Positions 41,901 through 55,170 of a stretch of DNA of 64,000 bases are shown in pieces. The DNA is from Azolla caroliniana. Taxonomy: Eukaryota > Plantae > Polypodiophyta. Position numbers and translations under genes: made by a program. The stretch spans positions 310,001 through 374,000 of the forward strand of contig JBHGNT010000028.1 in NCBI GenBank assembly GCA_043228905.1, written 5' to 3'. Position 1 is the stretch's first letter; every line of letters begins with the position of its first letter. The notes under the pieces are model-generated. The model did not search any database and was not told the origin of the DNA. It saw nothing but the letters and a program-made list of their open reading frames with translations.

Positions 41901-44900
41901 TCTTCCCAACTACCTGCTCATGTTGCTAATTTCGTCATGTCTCTCGACCTGAGTTTCAAAATCTTGATTTTTTAATTCCATATCGTAGCTAGCGTTGTTA
42001 GCTTCAATTCGCATGTTTGAACACAAAAATCCGATATCACACTCGCCAGATATGAACATTTTAATTTACCTACTAGCTCTTCCCAACTCCCTCCTCATGT
42101 TGCTAATTTCGTGATGTCTCTCGACCTGAGTTTCAAAATCTTGATTTTGTTAATTCCATATCATAGCTAGCGTTGTTAGCTTCGATTGGCATGTTTGAAC
42201 ACAAACATCCGATATCACACGAGCCAGGTATGATCATTTTAATTTACTCAAGGGCTCTTCTCAACTCCCTCGTCAAGGTTGCTAATTTCGTCATGTCTCT
42301 CGACCTGAGTTTCAAAATCTTGATTTTTTAATTCCATATCATATCTAGCGTTGTTAGCTTCGATTCGCATGTTTGAACACAAAAAACCGATATCACACTC
42401 ACCAGATATGAACATTTTAATTTACCTACTAGCTCTTCCCAACTCACTCCTCATGTTGCTAATTTCGTCATGTCTCTCGACCTGAGTTTCAAAATCTTGA
42501 TTTTTTAATTCCATATCATATCTAGCGTTGTTAGCTTCGATTCGCATGTTTGAACACAAAAAACCGATATCACACTCACCAGATATGAACATTTTAATTT
42601 ACCTACTAGCTCTTCCCAACTCACTCCTCATGTTGCTAATTTCGTCATGTCTCTCGACCTGAGTTTCAAAATCTTGATTTTTTAATTCCATATCATAGCT
42701 ACCGTTGTTAGCTTCCATTCGCATCTTTGAACACAAAAAACCGATATCACACTCACCAGATATGAACATTTTAATTTACCTACTAGCTCTTCCCAACTCA
42801 CTCCTCATGTTGCTAATTTCGTCATGTCTCTCGACCTGAGTTTCAAAATCTTGATTTTTTAATTCCATATCATAGCTAGCGTTGTAAGCTTCGATTCACA
42901 TGTTTGAACACAAAAATCCGATATCACACTAGCCAGGTATGAACATTTTAATTTACCTACTAGATCTTCCCAACTCCCTCCTCATGTTGCTAATTTCGTG
43001 ATGTCTCTCGACCTGAGTTTCAAAATCTTGATTTTGTTAATTCCATATCATAGCTAGCGTTGTAAGCTTGGATTCACATGTTTGAACACAAAAATCCGAT
43101 ATCACACTCGCCAGTTATGAACATTTTAATTTACCTACTAGCTCTTCCCAACTCCCTCCTCATGTTGCTAATTTCGTGATGTCTCTCGACCTGAGTTTCA
43201 AAATCTTAATTTTTTAATTCCATATCGTAGCTAGCGTTGTTAGCTTCGATTCACATGTTTGAACACAAAAATCCGATATCACACGAGCCAGGTATGAACA
43301 TTTTAATTTACTCAAGGGCTCCTCTCAACTCCCTGCTCATGTTTGCTAATTTCGTCATGTCTCTCGACGTGAGTTTCAAAATCTTGATTTTTTAATTCCA
43401 TATCATAGCTAGCGTTGTTAGCTTCGATTCGCATGTTTGAACACAAAAATCCGATATCACACTCGCCAGATATGAACATTTTAATTTACCTAGCAGCTCT
43501 TCCCAACTCACTCCTCAAATTTGCTAATTTCGTCATGTCTCTCGACCTGCGTTTCAAAATCTTCATTTTTTAATTCCATATCATAGCTACCGTTGTGAGC
43601 TTCCATTCGCATGTTTGAACACAAAAAACCGATATCACACTCACCAGATATGAACATTTTAATTTACCTACTAGCTCTTCCCAACTCCCTCCTCATGTTG
43701 CTAATTTCGTGATGTCTCTCGACCTGAGTTTCAAAATCTTGATTTTGTTAATTCCATATCATAGCTAGCGTTGTTAGCTTCAATTCACATGTTTGAACAC
43801 AAAAATCCGATATCACACTCGCCAGATATGAACATTTTAATTTACCTACTAGCTCTTCCCAACTACCTGCTCATGTTGCTAATTTCGTCATGTCTCTCGA
43901 CCTGAGTTTCAAAATCTTGATTTTTTAATTCCATATCGTAGCTAGCGTTGTTAGCTTCAATTCGCATGTTTGAACACAAAAATCCGATATCACACTCGCC
44001 AGATATGAACATTTTAATTTACCTACTAGCTCTTCCCAACTACCTGCTCATGTTGCTAATTTCGTCATGTCTCTCGACCTGAGTTTCAAAATCTTGATTT
44101 TTTAATTCCATATCGTAGCTAGCGTTGTTAGCTTCAATTCGCATGTTTGAACACAAAAATCCGATATCACACTCGCCAGATATGAACATTTTAATTTACC
44201 TACTAGCTCTTCCCAACTCCCTCCTCATGTTGCTAATTTCGTGATGTCTCTCGACCTGAGTTTCAAAATCTTGATTTTGTTAATTCCATATCATAGCTAG
44301 CGTTGTTAGCTTCGATTGGCATGTTTGAACACAAACATCCGATATCACACGAGCCAGGTATGATCATTTTAATTTACTCAAGGGCTCTTCTCAACTCCCT
44401 CGTCAAGGTTGCTAATTTCGTCATGTCTCTCGACCTGAGTTTCAAAATCTTGATTTTTTAATTCCATATCATATCTAGCGTTGTTAGCTTCGATTCGCAT
44501 GTTTGAACACAAAAAACCGATATCACACTCACCAGATATGAACATTTTAATTTACCTACTAGCTCTTCCCAACTCACTCCTCATGTTGCTAATTTCGTCA
44601 TGTCTCTCGACCTGAGTTTCAAAATCTTGATTTTTTAATTCCATATCATAGCTACCGTTGTTAGCTTCCATTCGCATGTTTGAACACAAAAAACCGATAT
44701 CACACTCACCAGATATGAACATTTTAATTTACCTACTAGCTCTTCCCAACTCACTCCTCATGTTGCTAATTTCGTCATGTCTCTCGACCTGAGTTTCAAA
44801 ATCTTGATTTTTTAATTCCATATCATAGCTACCGTTGTTAGCTTCCATTCGCATCTTTGAACACAAAAAACCGATATCACACTCACCAGATATGAACATT

Positions 44901-47900
44901 TTAATTTACCTACTAGCTCTTCCCAACTCACTCCTCATGTTGCTAATTTCGTCATGTCTCTCGACCTGAGTTTCAAAATCTTGATTTTTTAATTCCATAT
45001 CATAGCTAGCGTTGTAAGCTTCGATTCACATGTTTGAACACAAAAATCCGATATCACACTAGCCAGGTATGAACATTTTAATTTACCTACTAGATCTTCC
45101 CAACTCCCTCCTCATGTTGCTAATTTCGTGATGTCTCTCGACCTGAGTTTCAAAATCTTGATTTTGTTAATTCCATATCATAGCTAGCGTTGTAAGCTTG
45201 GATTCACATGTTTGAACACAAAAATCCGATATCACACTCGCCAGTTATGAACATTTTAATTTACCTACTAGCTCTTCCCAACTCCCTCCTCATGTTGCTA
45301 ATTTCGTGATGTCTCTCGACCTGAGTTTCAAAATCTTAATTTTTTAATTCCATATCGTAGCTAGCGTTGTTAGCTTCGATTCACATGTTTGAACACAAAA
45401 ATCCGATATCACACGAGCCAGGTATGAAAATTTTAATTTACTCAAGGGCTCCTCTCAACTCCCTGCTCATGTTTGCTAATTTCGTCATGTCTCTCGACGT
45501 GAGTTTCAAAATCTTGATTTTTTAATTCCATATCATAGCTAGCGTTGTTAGCTTCGATTCACATGTTTGAACACAAAAATCCGATATCACACTCGCCAGA
45601 TATGAACATTTTAATTTACCTAGCAGCTCTTCCCAACTCACTCCTCAAATTTGCTAATTTCGTCATGTCTCTCGACCTGCGTTTCAAAATCTTCATTTTT
45701 TAATTCCATATCATAGCTACCGTTGTGAGCTTCCATTCGCATGTTTGAACACAAAAAACCGATATCACACTCACCAGATATGAACATTTTAATTTACCTA
45801 CTAGCTCTTCCCAACTCCCTCCTCATGTTGCTAATTTCGTGATGTCTCTCGACCTGAGTTTCAAAATCTTGATTTTGTTAATTCCATATCATAGCTAGCG
45901 TTGTTAGCTTCAATTCACATGTTTGAACACAAAAATCCGATATCACACTCGCCAGATATGAACATTTTAATTTACCTACTAGCTCTTCCCAACTACCTGC
46001 TCATGTTGCTAATTTCGTCATGTCTCTCGACCTGAGTTTCAAAATCTTGATTTTTTAATTCCATATCGTAGCTAGCGTTGTTAGCTTCAATTCGCATGTT
46101 TGAACACAAAAATCCGATATCACACTCGCCAGATATGAACATTTTAATTTACCTACTAGCTCTTCCCAACTCCCTCCTCATGTTGCTAATTTCGTGATGT
46201 CTCTCGACCTGAGTTTCAAAATCTTGATTTTGTTAATTCCATATCATAGCTAGCGTTGTTAGCTTCGATTGGCATGTTTGAACACAAACATCCGATATCA
46301 CACGAGCCAGGTATGATCATTTTAATTTACTCAAGGGCTCTTCTCAACTCCCTCGTCAAGGTTGCTAATTTCGTCATGTCTCTCGACCTGAGTTTCAAAA
46401 TCTTGATTTTTTAATTCCATATCATATCTAGCGTTGTTAGCTTCGATTCGCATGTTTGAACACAAAAAACCGATATCACACTCACCAGATATGAACATTT
46501 TAATTTACCTACTAGCTCTTCCCAACTCACTCCTCATGTTGCTAATTTCGTCATGTCTCTCGACCTGAGTTTCAAAATCTTGATTTTTTAATTCCATATC
46601 ATAGCTACCGTTGTTAGCTTCCATTCGCATCTTTGAACACAAAAAACCGATATCACACTCACCAGATATGAACATTTTAATTTACCTACTAGCTCTTCCC
46701 AACTCACTCCTCATGTTGCTAATTTCGTCATGTCTCTCGACCTGAGTTTCAAAATCTTGATTTTTTAATTCCATATCATAGCTAGCGTTGTAAGCTTCGA
46801 TTCACATGTTTGAACACAAAAATCCGATATCACACTAGCCAGGTATGAACATTTTAATTTACCTACTAGATCTTCCCAACTCCCTCCTCATGTTGCTAAT
46901 TTCGTGATGTCTCTCGACCTGAGTTTCAAAATCTTGATTTTGTTAATTCCATATCATAGCTAGCGTTGTAAGCTTGGATTCACATGTTTGAACACAAAAA
47001 TCCGATATCACACTCGCCAGTTATGAACATTTTAATTTACCTACTAGCTCTTCCCAACTCCCTCCTCATGTTGCTAATTTCGTGATGTCTCTCGACCTGA
47101 GTTTCAAAATCTTAATTTTTTAATTCCATATCGTAGCTAGCGTTGTTAGCTTCGATTCACATGTTTGAACACAAAAATCCGATATCACACGAGCCAGGTA
47201 TGAACATTTTAATTTACTCAAGGGCTCCTCTCAACTCCCTGCTCATGTTTGCTAATTTCGTCATGTCTCTCGACGTGAGTTTCAAAATCTTGATTTTTTA
47301 ATTCCATATCATAGCTAGCGTTGTTAGCTTCGATTCGCATGTTTGAACACAAAAATCCGATATCACACTCGCCAGATATGAACATTTTAATTTACCTAGC
47401 AGCTCTTCCCAACTCACTCCTCAAATTTGCTAATTTCGTCATGTCTCTCGACCTGCGTTTCAAAATCTTCATTTTTTAATTCCATATCATAGCTACCGTT
47501 GTGAGCTTCCATTCGCATGTTTGAACACAAAAAACCGATATCACACTCACCAGATATGAACATTTTAATTTACCTACTAGCTCTTCCCAACTCCCTCCTC
47601 ATGTTGCTAATTTCGTGATGTCTCTCGACCTGAGTTTCAAAATCTTGATTTTGTTAATTCCATATCATAGCTAGCGTTGTTAGCTTCAATTCACATGTTT
47701 GAACACAAAAATCCGATATCACACTCGCCAGATATGAACATTTTAATTTACCTACTAGCTCTTCCCAACTACCTGCTCATGTTGCTAATTTCGTCATGTC
47801 TCTCGACCTGAGTTTCAAAATCTTGATTTTTTAATTCCATATCGTAGCTAGCGTTGTTAGCTTCAATTCGCATGTTTGAACACAAAAATCCGATATCACA

Positions 47901-50900
47901 CTCGCCAGATATGAACATTTTAATTTACCTACTAGCTCTTCCCAACTCCCTCCTCATGTTGCTAATTTCGTGATGTCTCTCGACCTGAGTTTCAAAATCT
48001 TGATTTTGTTAATTCCATATCATAGCTAGCGTTGTTAGCTTCGATTGGCATGTTTGAACACAAACATCCGATATCACACGAGCCAGGTATGATCATTTTA
48101 ATTTACTCAAGGGCTCTTCTCAACTCCCTCGTCAAGGTTGCTAATTTCGTCATGTCTCTCGACCTGAGTTTCAAAATCTTGATTTTTTAATTCCATATCA
48201 TATCTAGCGTTGTTAGCTTCGATTCGCATGTTTGAACACAAAAAACCGATATCACACTCACCAGATATGAACATTTTAATTTACCTACTAGCTCTTCCCA
48301 ACTCACTCCTCATGTTGCTAATTTCGTCATGTCTCTCGACCTGAGTTTCAAAATCTTGATTTTTTAATTCCATATCATAGCTACCGTTGTTAGCTTCCAT
48401 TCGCATCTTTGAACACAAAAAACCGATATCACACTCACCAGATATGAACATTTTAATTTACCTACTAGCTCTTCCCAACTCACTCCTCATGTTGCTAATT
48501 TCGTCATGTCTCTCGACCTGAGTTTCAAAATCTTGATTTTTTAATTCCATATCATAGCTAGCGTTGTAAGCTTCGATTCACATGTTTGAACACAAAAATC
48601 CGATATCACACTCGCCAGGTATGAACATTTTAATTTACCTACTAGATCTTCCCAACTCCCTCCTCATGTTGCTAATTTCGTGATGTCTCTCGACCTGAGT
48701 TTCAAAATCTTGATTTTGTTAATTCCATATCATAGCTAGCGTTGTAAGCTTGGATTCACATGTTTGAACACAAAAATCCGATATCACACTCGCCAGTTAT
48801 GAACATTTTAATTTACCTACTAGCTCTTCCCAACTCCCTCCTCATGTTGCTAATTTCGTGATGTCTCTCGACCTGAGTTTCAAAATCTTGATTTTGTTAA
48901 TTCCATATCATAGCTAGCGTTGTTAGCTTCGATTCACATGTTTGAACACAAAAATCCGATATCACACTCGCCAGATATGAACATTTTAATTTACCTACTA
49001 GCTCTTCCCAACTACCTGCTCATGTTGCTAATTTCGTCATGTCTCTCGACCTGAGTTTCAAAATCTTGATTTTTTAATTCCATATCATAGCTAGCGTTGT
49101 TAGCTTCGATTCGCATGTTTGAACACAAAAATCCGATATCACACTCGCCAGATATAAACATTTTAATTTACCTACTAGCTCTTCCCAACTCACTCCTCAT
49201 GTTGCTAATTTCGTCATGTCTCTGGACCTGAGTTTCAAAATCTTGATTTTTTAATTCCATATCATAGCTAGCGTTGTAAGCTTCGATTCACATGTTTGAA
49301 CACAAAAATCCGATATGACACTCGCCAGTTATGAACATTTTAATTTACCTAGTAGCTCTTCCCAACTCCCTCCTCATGTTGCTAATTTCGTCATGTCTCT
49401 CGACCTGAGTTTCAAAATCTTTATTTTTTAATTCCATATCATAGCTAGCGTTGTAAGCTTCGATTCACATGTTTGAACACAAAAATCCGATATGACACTC
49501 GCCAGTTATGAACATTTTAATTTACCTAGTAGCTCTTCCCAACTCCCTCCTCATGTTGCTAATTTCGTCATGTCTCTCGACCTGAGTTTCAAAATCTTGA
49601 TTTTGTTAATTCCATATCATAGCTAGCGTTGTTAGCTTCGATTGGCATGTTTGAACACAAAAATCCGATATCACACGTGCCAGGTATGATCATTTTAATT
49701 TACTCAAGGGCTCTTCTCAACTCCCTCGTCAAGGTTGCTAAATTCGTCATGTCTCTCGACCTGAGTTTCAAAATCTTGATTTTTTCATTCCATATCATAG
49801 CTAGCGTTGTTAGCTTCGATTCGCATGTTTGAACACAAAAAACCGATATCACACTCACCAGATATGAACATTTTAATTTACCTAGCAGCTCTTCCCAACT
49901 CACTCCTCAAATTTGGGAATTTCGTCATATCTCTCGACCTGAGTTTCAAAATCTTGATTTTTTAATTCCATATCATAGCTAGCGTTGTTAGCTTCGATTC
50001 GCATGTTTGAACACAAAAATCCGATATCACACTCGCCAGATATGAACATTTTAATTTACCTAGACTCTCTTCCCAACTCACTCCTCAAATTTGCTAATTT
50101 CGTCATGTCTCTCGACCTGCGTTTCAAAATCTTCATTTTTTAATTCCATATCATAGCTACCGTTGTGAGCTTCCATTCGCATGTTTGAACACAAAAAACC
50201 GATATCACACTCACCAGATATGAACATTTTAATTTACCTACTAGCTCTTCCCAACTCCCTCCTCATGTTGCTAATTTCGTGATGTCTCTCGACCTGAGTT
50301 TCAAAATCTTGATTTTGTTAATTCCATATCATAGCTAGCGTTGTTAGCTTCAATTCACATGTTTGAACACAAAAATCCGATATCACACTCGCCAGATATG
50401 AACATTTTAATTTACCTACTAGCTCTTCCCAACTACCTGCTCATGTTGCTAATTTCGTCATGTCTCTCGACCTGAGTTTCAAAATCTTGATTTTTTAATT
50501 CCATATCGTAGCTAGCGTTGTTAGCTTCAATTCGCATGTTTGAACACAAAAATCCGATATCACACTCGCCAGATATGAACATTTTAATTTACCTACTAGC
50601 TCTTCCCAACTCCCTCCTCATGTTGCTAATTTCCTGATGTCTCTCGACCTGAGTTTCAAAATCTTGATTTTGTTAATTCCATATCATAGCTAGCGTTGTT
50701 AGCTTCGATTGGCATGTTTGAACACAAACATCCGATATCACACGAGCCAGGTATGATCATTTTAATTTACTCAAGGGCTCTTCTCAACTCCCTCGTCAAG
50801 GTTGCTAATTTCGTCATGTCTCTCGACCTGAGTTTCAAAATCTTGATTTTTTCATTCCATATCATAGCTAGCGTTGTTAGCTTCGATTCGCATGTTTGAA

Positions 50901-52090
50901 CACAAAAAACCGATATCACACTCACCAGATATGAACATTTTAATTTACCTACTAGCTCTTCCCAACTCACTCCTCATGTTGCTAATTTCGTCATGTCTCT
51001 CGACCTGAGTTTCAAAATCTTGTTTTTTTAATTCCATATCATAGCTAGCGTTGTAAGCTTCGATTCACATGTTTGAACACAAAAATCCGATATCACACTC
51101 GCCAGTTATGAACATTTTAATTTACCTACTAGCTCTTTCCAACTCCCTCCTCATGTTGCTAATTTCGTGATGTCTCTCGACCTGAGTTTCAAAATCTTGA
51201 TTTTTTCATTCCATATCATAGCTAGCGTTGTTAGCTTCGATTCGCATGTTTGAACACAAAAAACCCATATCACACTCACCAGATATGAACATTTTAATTT
51301 ACCTAGCAGCTCTTCCCAACTCACTCCTCAAATTTGCTAATTTCGTCATGTCTCTCGACCTGCGTTTCAAAATCTTCGTTTTTTAATTCCATATCATAGC
51401 TACTGTTGTGAGCTTCCATTCGCATGTTTGAACACAAAAACCGATATCACACTCACCAGATATGAACATTTTAATTTACCTACTAGCTCTTCCCAACTCC
51501 CTCCTCATGTTGCTAATTTCGTGATGTCTCTCGACCTGAGTTTCAAAATCTTGATTTTGTTAATTCCATATCATAGCTAGCGTTGTTAGCTTCAATTCAC
51601 ATGTTTGAACACAAAAATCCGATATCACACTCGCCAGATATGAACATTTTAATTTACCTACTAGCTCTTCCCAACTACCTGCTCATGTTGCTAATTTCGT
51701 CATGTCTCTCGACGTGAGTTTCAAAATCTTGATTTTTTAATTCCATATCGTAGCTAGCGTTGTTAGCTTCAATTCGCATGTTTGAACACAAAAATCCGAT
51801 ATCACACTCGCCAGATATGAACATTTTAATTTACCTACTAGCTCTTCCCAACTCCCTCCTCATGTTGCTAATTTCGTGATGTCTCTCGACCTGAGTTTCA
51901 AAATCTTGATTTTGTTAATTTCATATCATAGCTAGCGTTGTTAGCTTCGATTGGCATGTTTGAACACAAAAATCCGATATCACACGAGCCAGGTATGATC
52001 ATTTTAATTTACTCAAGGGCTCTTCTCAACTCCCTCGTCAAGGTTGCTAATTTCGTCATGTCTCTCGACCTGAGTTTCAAAATCTTGATT
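28297..52090. repeat. Large tandem duplication: 10833 bp unit (about 28297-39129) followed by a 12963 bp copy (about 39130-52090)
   Basis: The offset is 10833 at the start (ATGAAAATT at 28555 versus 39388). It is 12963 further on (32461 versus 45424; ORFs 36666/49629 and 37733/50696). The difference, 2130 bp, equals one extra 12-mer. Confidence 0.88.
39130..48870. repeat. 10-12-monomer HOR array, second run (units of 1776, 2130, 2130 and 1776 bp, plus a partial unit)
   Basis: CAAGGGCTCCTCTC occurs at 39407, 41183, 43313, 45443 and 47219. AGATCT occurs at 40832, 42962, 45092, 46868 and 48644. Confidence 0.92.
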
Positions 52091-53629
52091 TTTTCATTCC
52101 ATATCATAGCTAGCGTTGTTAGCTTCGATTCGCATGTTTGAACACAAAAAACCGATATCACACTCACCAGATATGAACATTTTAATTTACCTACTAGCTC
52201 TTCCCAACTCACTCCTCATGTTGCTAATTTCGTCATGTCTCTCGACCTGAGTTTCAAAATCTTGTTTTTTTAATTCCATATCATAGCTAGCGTTGTAAGC
52301 TTCGATTCACATGTTTGAACACAAAAATCCGATATCACACTCGCCAGTTATGAACATTTTAATTTACCTACTAGCTCTTCCCAACTCCCTCCTCATGTTG
52401 CTAATTTCGTGATGTCTCTCGACCTGAGTTTCAAAATCTTGATTTTTTAATTCCATATCATAGCTAGCGTTGTTAGCTTCGATTCGCATGTTTGAACACA
52501 AAAATCCGATATCACACTCACCAGATATGAACATTTTAATTTACCTACTAGCTCTTCCCAACTCACTCCTCATGTTGCTAATTTCGTCATGTCTCTCGAC
52601 CTGAGTTTCAAAATCTTGATTTTTTCATTCCATATCATAGGTAGCGTTGTTAGCTTCGATTCGCATGTTTGAACACAAAAAACCGATATCACACTCACCA
52701 GATATGAACATTTTAATTTACCTACTAGCTCTTCCCAACTCACTCCTCATGTTGCTAATTTCGTCATGTCTCTCGACCTGAGTTTCAAAATCTTGTTTTT
52801 TTAATTCCATATCATAGCTAGCGTTGTAAGCTTCGATTCACATGTTTGAACACAAAAATCCGATATCACACTCGCTAGTTATGAACATTTTAATTTACCT
52901 ACTAGCTCTTCCCAACTCCCTCCTCATGTTGCTAATTTCGTGATGTCTCTCGACCTGAGTTTCAAAATCTTGATTTTGTTAATTCCATATCATAGCTAGC
53001 GTTGTTAGCTTCGATTCACATGTTTGAACACAAAAATCCGATATCACACTCGCCAGATATGAACATTTTAATTTACCTACTAGCTCTTCCCAACTACCTG
53101 CTCATGTTGCTAATTTCGTCATGTCTCTCGACCTGAGTTTCAAAATCTTGATTTTTTAATTCCATATCATAGCTAGCGTTGTTAGCTTCGATTCGCATGT
53201 TTGAACACAAAAATCCGATATGACACTCGCCAGATATGAACATTTTAATTTACCTACTAGCTCTTCCCAACTCACTCCTCATGTTGCTAATTTCGTCATG
53301 TCTCTCGACCTGAGTTTCAAAATCTTGATTTTTTAATTCCATATCATAGCTAGCGTTGTAAGCTTCGATTCACATGTTTGAACACAAAAATCCGATATGA
53401 CACTCGCCAGTTATGAACATTTTAATTTACCTAGTAGCTCTTCCCAACTCCCTCCTCATGTTGCTAATTTCGTCATGTCTCTCGACCTGAGTTTCAAAAT
53501 CTTTATTTTTTAATTCCATATCATAGCTAGCGTTGTAAGCTTCGATTCGCATGTTTGAACACAAAAATCCGATATCACACTCGCCAGTTATGAACATTTT
53601 AATTTACCTACTAGCTCTTCCCAACTCCC

Positions 53630-55170
53630 TCCTCATGTTGCTAATTTCGTCATGTCTCTCGACCTGAGTTTCAAAATCTTGATTTTGTTAATTCCATATC
53701 ATAGCTAGCGTTGTTAGCTTCGATTGGCATGTTTGAACACAAAAATCCGATATCACACGTGCCAGGTATGATCATTTTAATTTACTCAAGGGCTCTTCTC
53801 AACTCCCTCGTCAAGGTTGCTAATTTCGTCATGTCTCTCGACCTGAGTTTCAAAATCTTGATTTTTTCATTCCATATCATAGCTAGCGTTGTTAGCTTCG
53901 ATTCGCATGTTTGAACACAAAAAACCGATATCACACTCACCAGATATGAACGTTTTAATTTACCTAGCAGCTCTTCCCAACTCACTCCTCAAATTTGGGA
54001 ATTTCGTCATATCTCTCGACCTGAGTTTCAAAATCTTGATTTTTTAATTCCATATCATAGCTAGCGTTGTGAGCTTCGATTCGCATGTTTGAACACAAAA
54101 ATCCGATATCACACTCGCCAGATATGAACATTTTAATTTACCTAGCAGCTCTTCCCAACTCACTCCTCAAATTTGCTAATTTCGTCATGTCTCTCGACCT
54201 GCGTTTCAAAATCTTCATTTTTTAATTCCATATCATAGCTACCGTTGTGAGCTTCCATTCGCATGTTTGAACACAAAAAACCGATATCACACTCACCAGA
54301 TATGAACATTTTAATTTACCTACTAGCTCTTCCCAACTCCCTCCTCATGTTGCTAATTTCGTCATGTCTCTCGACCTGAGTTTCAAAATCTTGATTTTGT
54401 TAATTCCATATCATAGCTAGCGTTGTTAGCTTCAATTCACATGTTTGAACACAAAAATCCGATATCACACGTGCCAGGTATGATCATTTTAATTTACTCA
54501 AGGGCTCTTCTCAACTCCCTCGTCAAGGTTGCTAATTTCGTCATGTCTCTCGACCTGAGTTTCAAAATCTTGATTTTTTCATTCCATATCATAGCTAGCG
54601 TTGTTAGCTTCGATTCGCATGTTTGAACACAAAAAACCGATATCACACTCACCAGATATGAACGTTTTAATTTACCTAGCAGCTCTTCCCAACTCACTCC
54701 TCAAATTTGGGAATTTCGTCATATCTCTCGACCTGAGTTTCAAAATCTTGATTTTTTAATTCCATATCATAGCTAGCGTTGTGAGCTTCGATTCGCATGT
54801 TTGAACACAAAAATCCGATATCACACTCGCCAGATATGAACATTTTAATTTACCTAGCAGCTCTTCCCAACTCACTCCTCAAATTTGCTAATTTCGTCAT
54901 GTCTCTCGACCTGCGTTTCAAAATCATCATTTTTTAATTCCATATCATAGCTACCGTTGTGAGCTTCCATTCGCATGTTTGAACACAAAAAACCGATATC
55001 ACACTCACCAGATATGAACATTTTAATTTACCTACTAGCTCTTCCCAACTCCCTCCTCATGTTGCTAATTTCGTCATGTCTCTCGACCTGAGTTTCAAAA
55101 TCTTGATTTTGTTAATTCCATATCATAGCTAGCGTTGTTAGCTTCAATTCACATGTTTGAACACAAAAAT
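53630..55170. repeat. 4-monomer HOR, 712 bp x2
   Basis: ORF-track entries at 53711/54423 and 53782/54494. The marker ATGAACGTTTT is repeated at +712. Confidence 0.88.
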
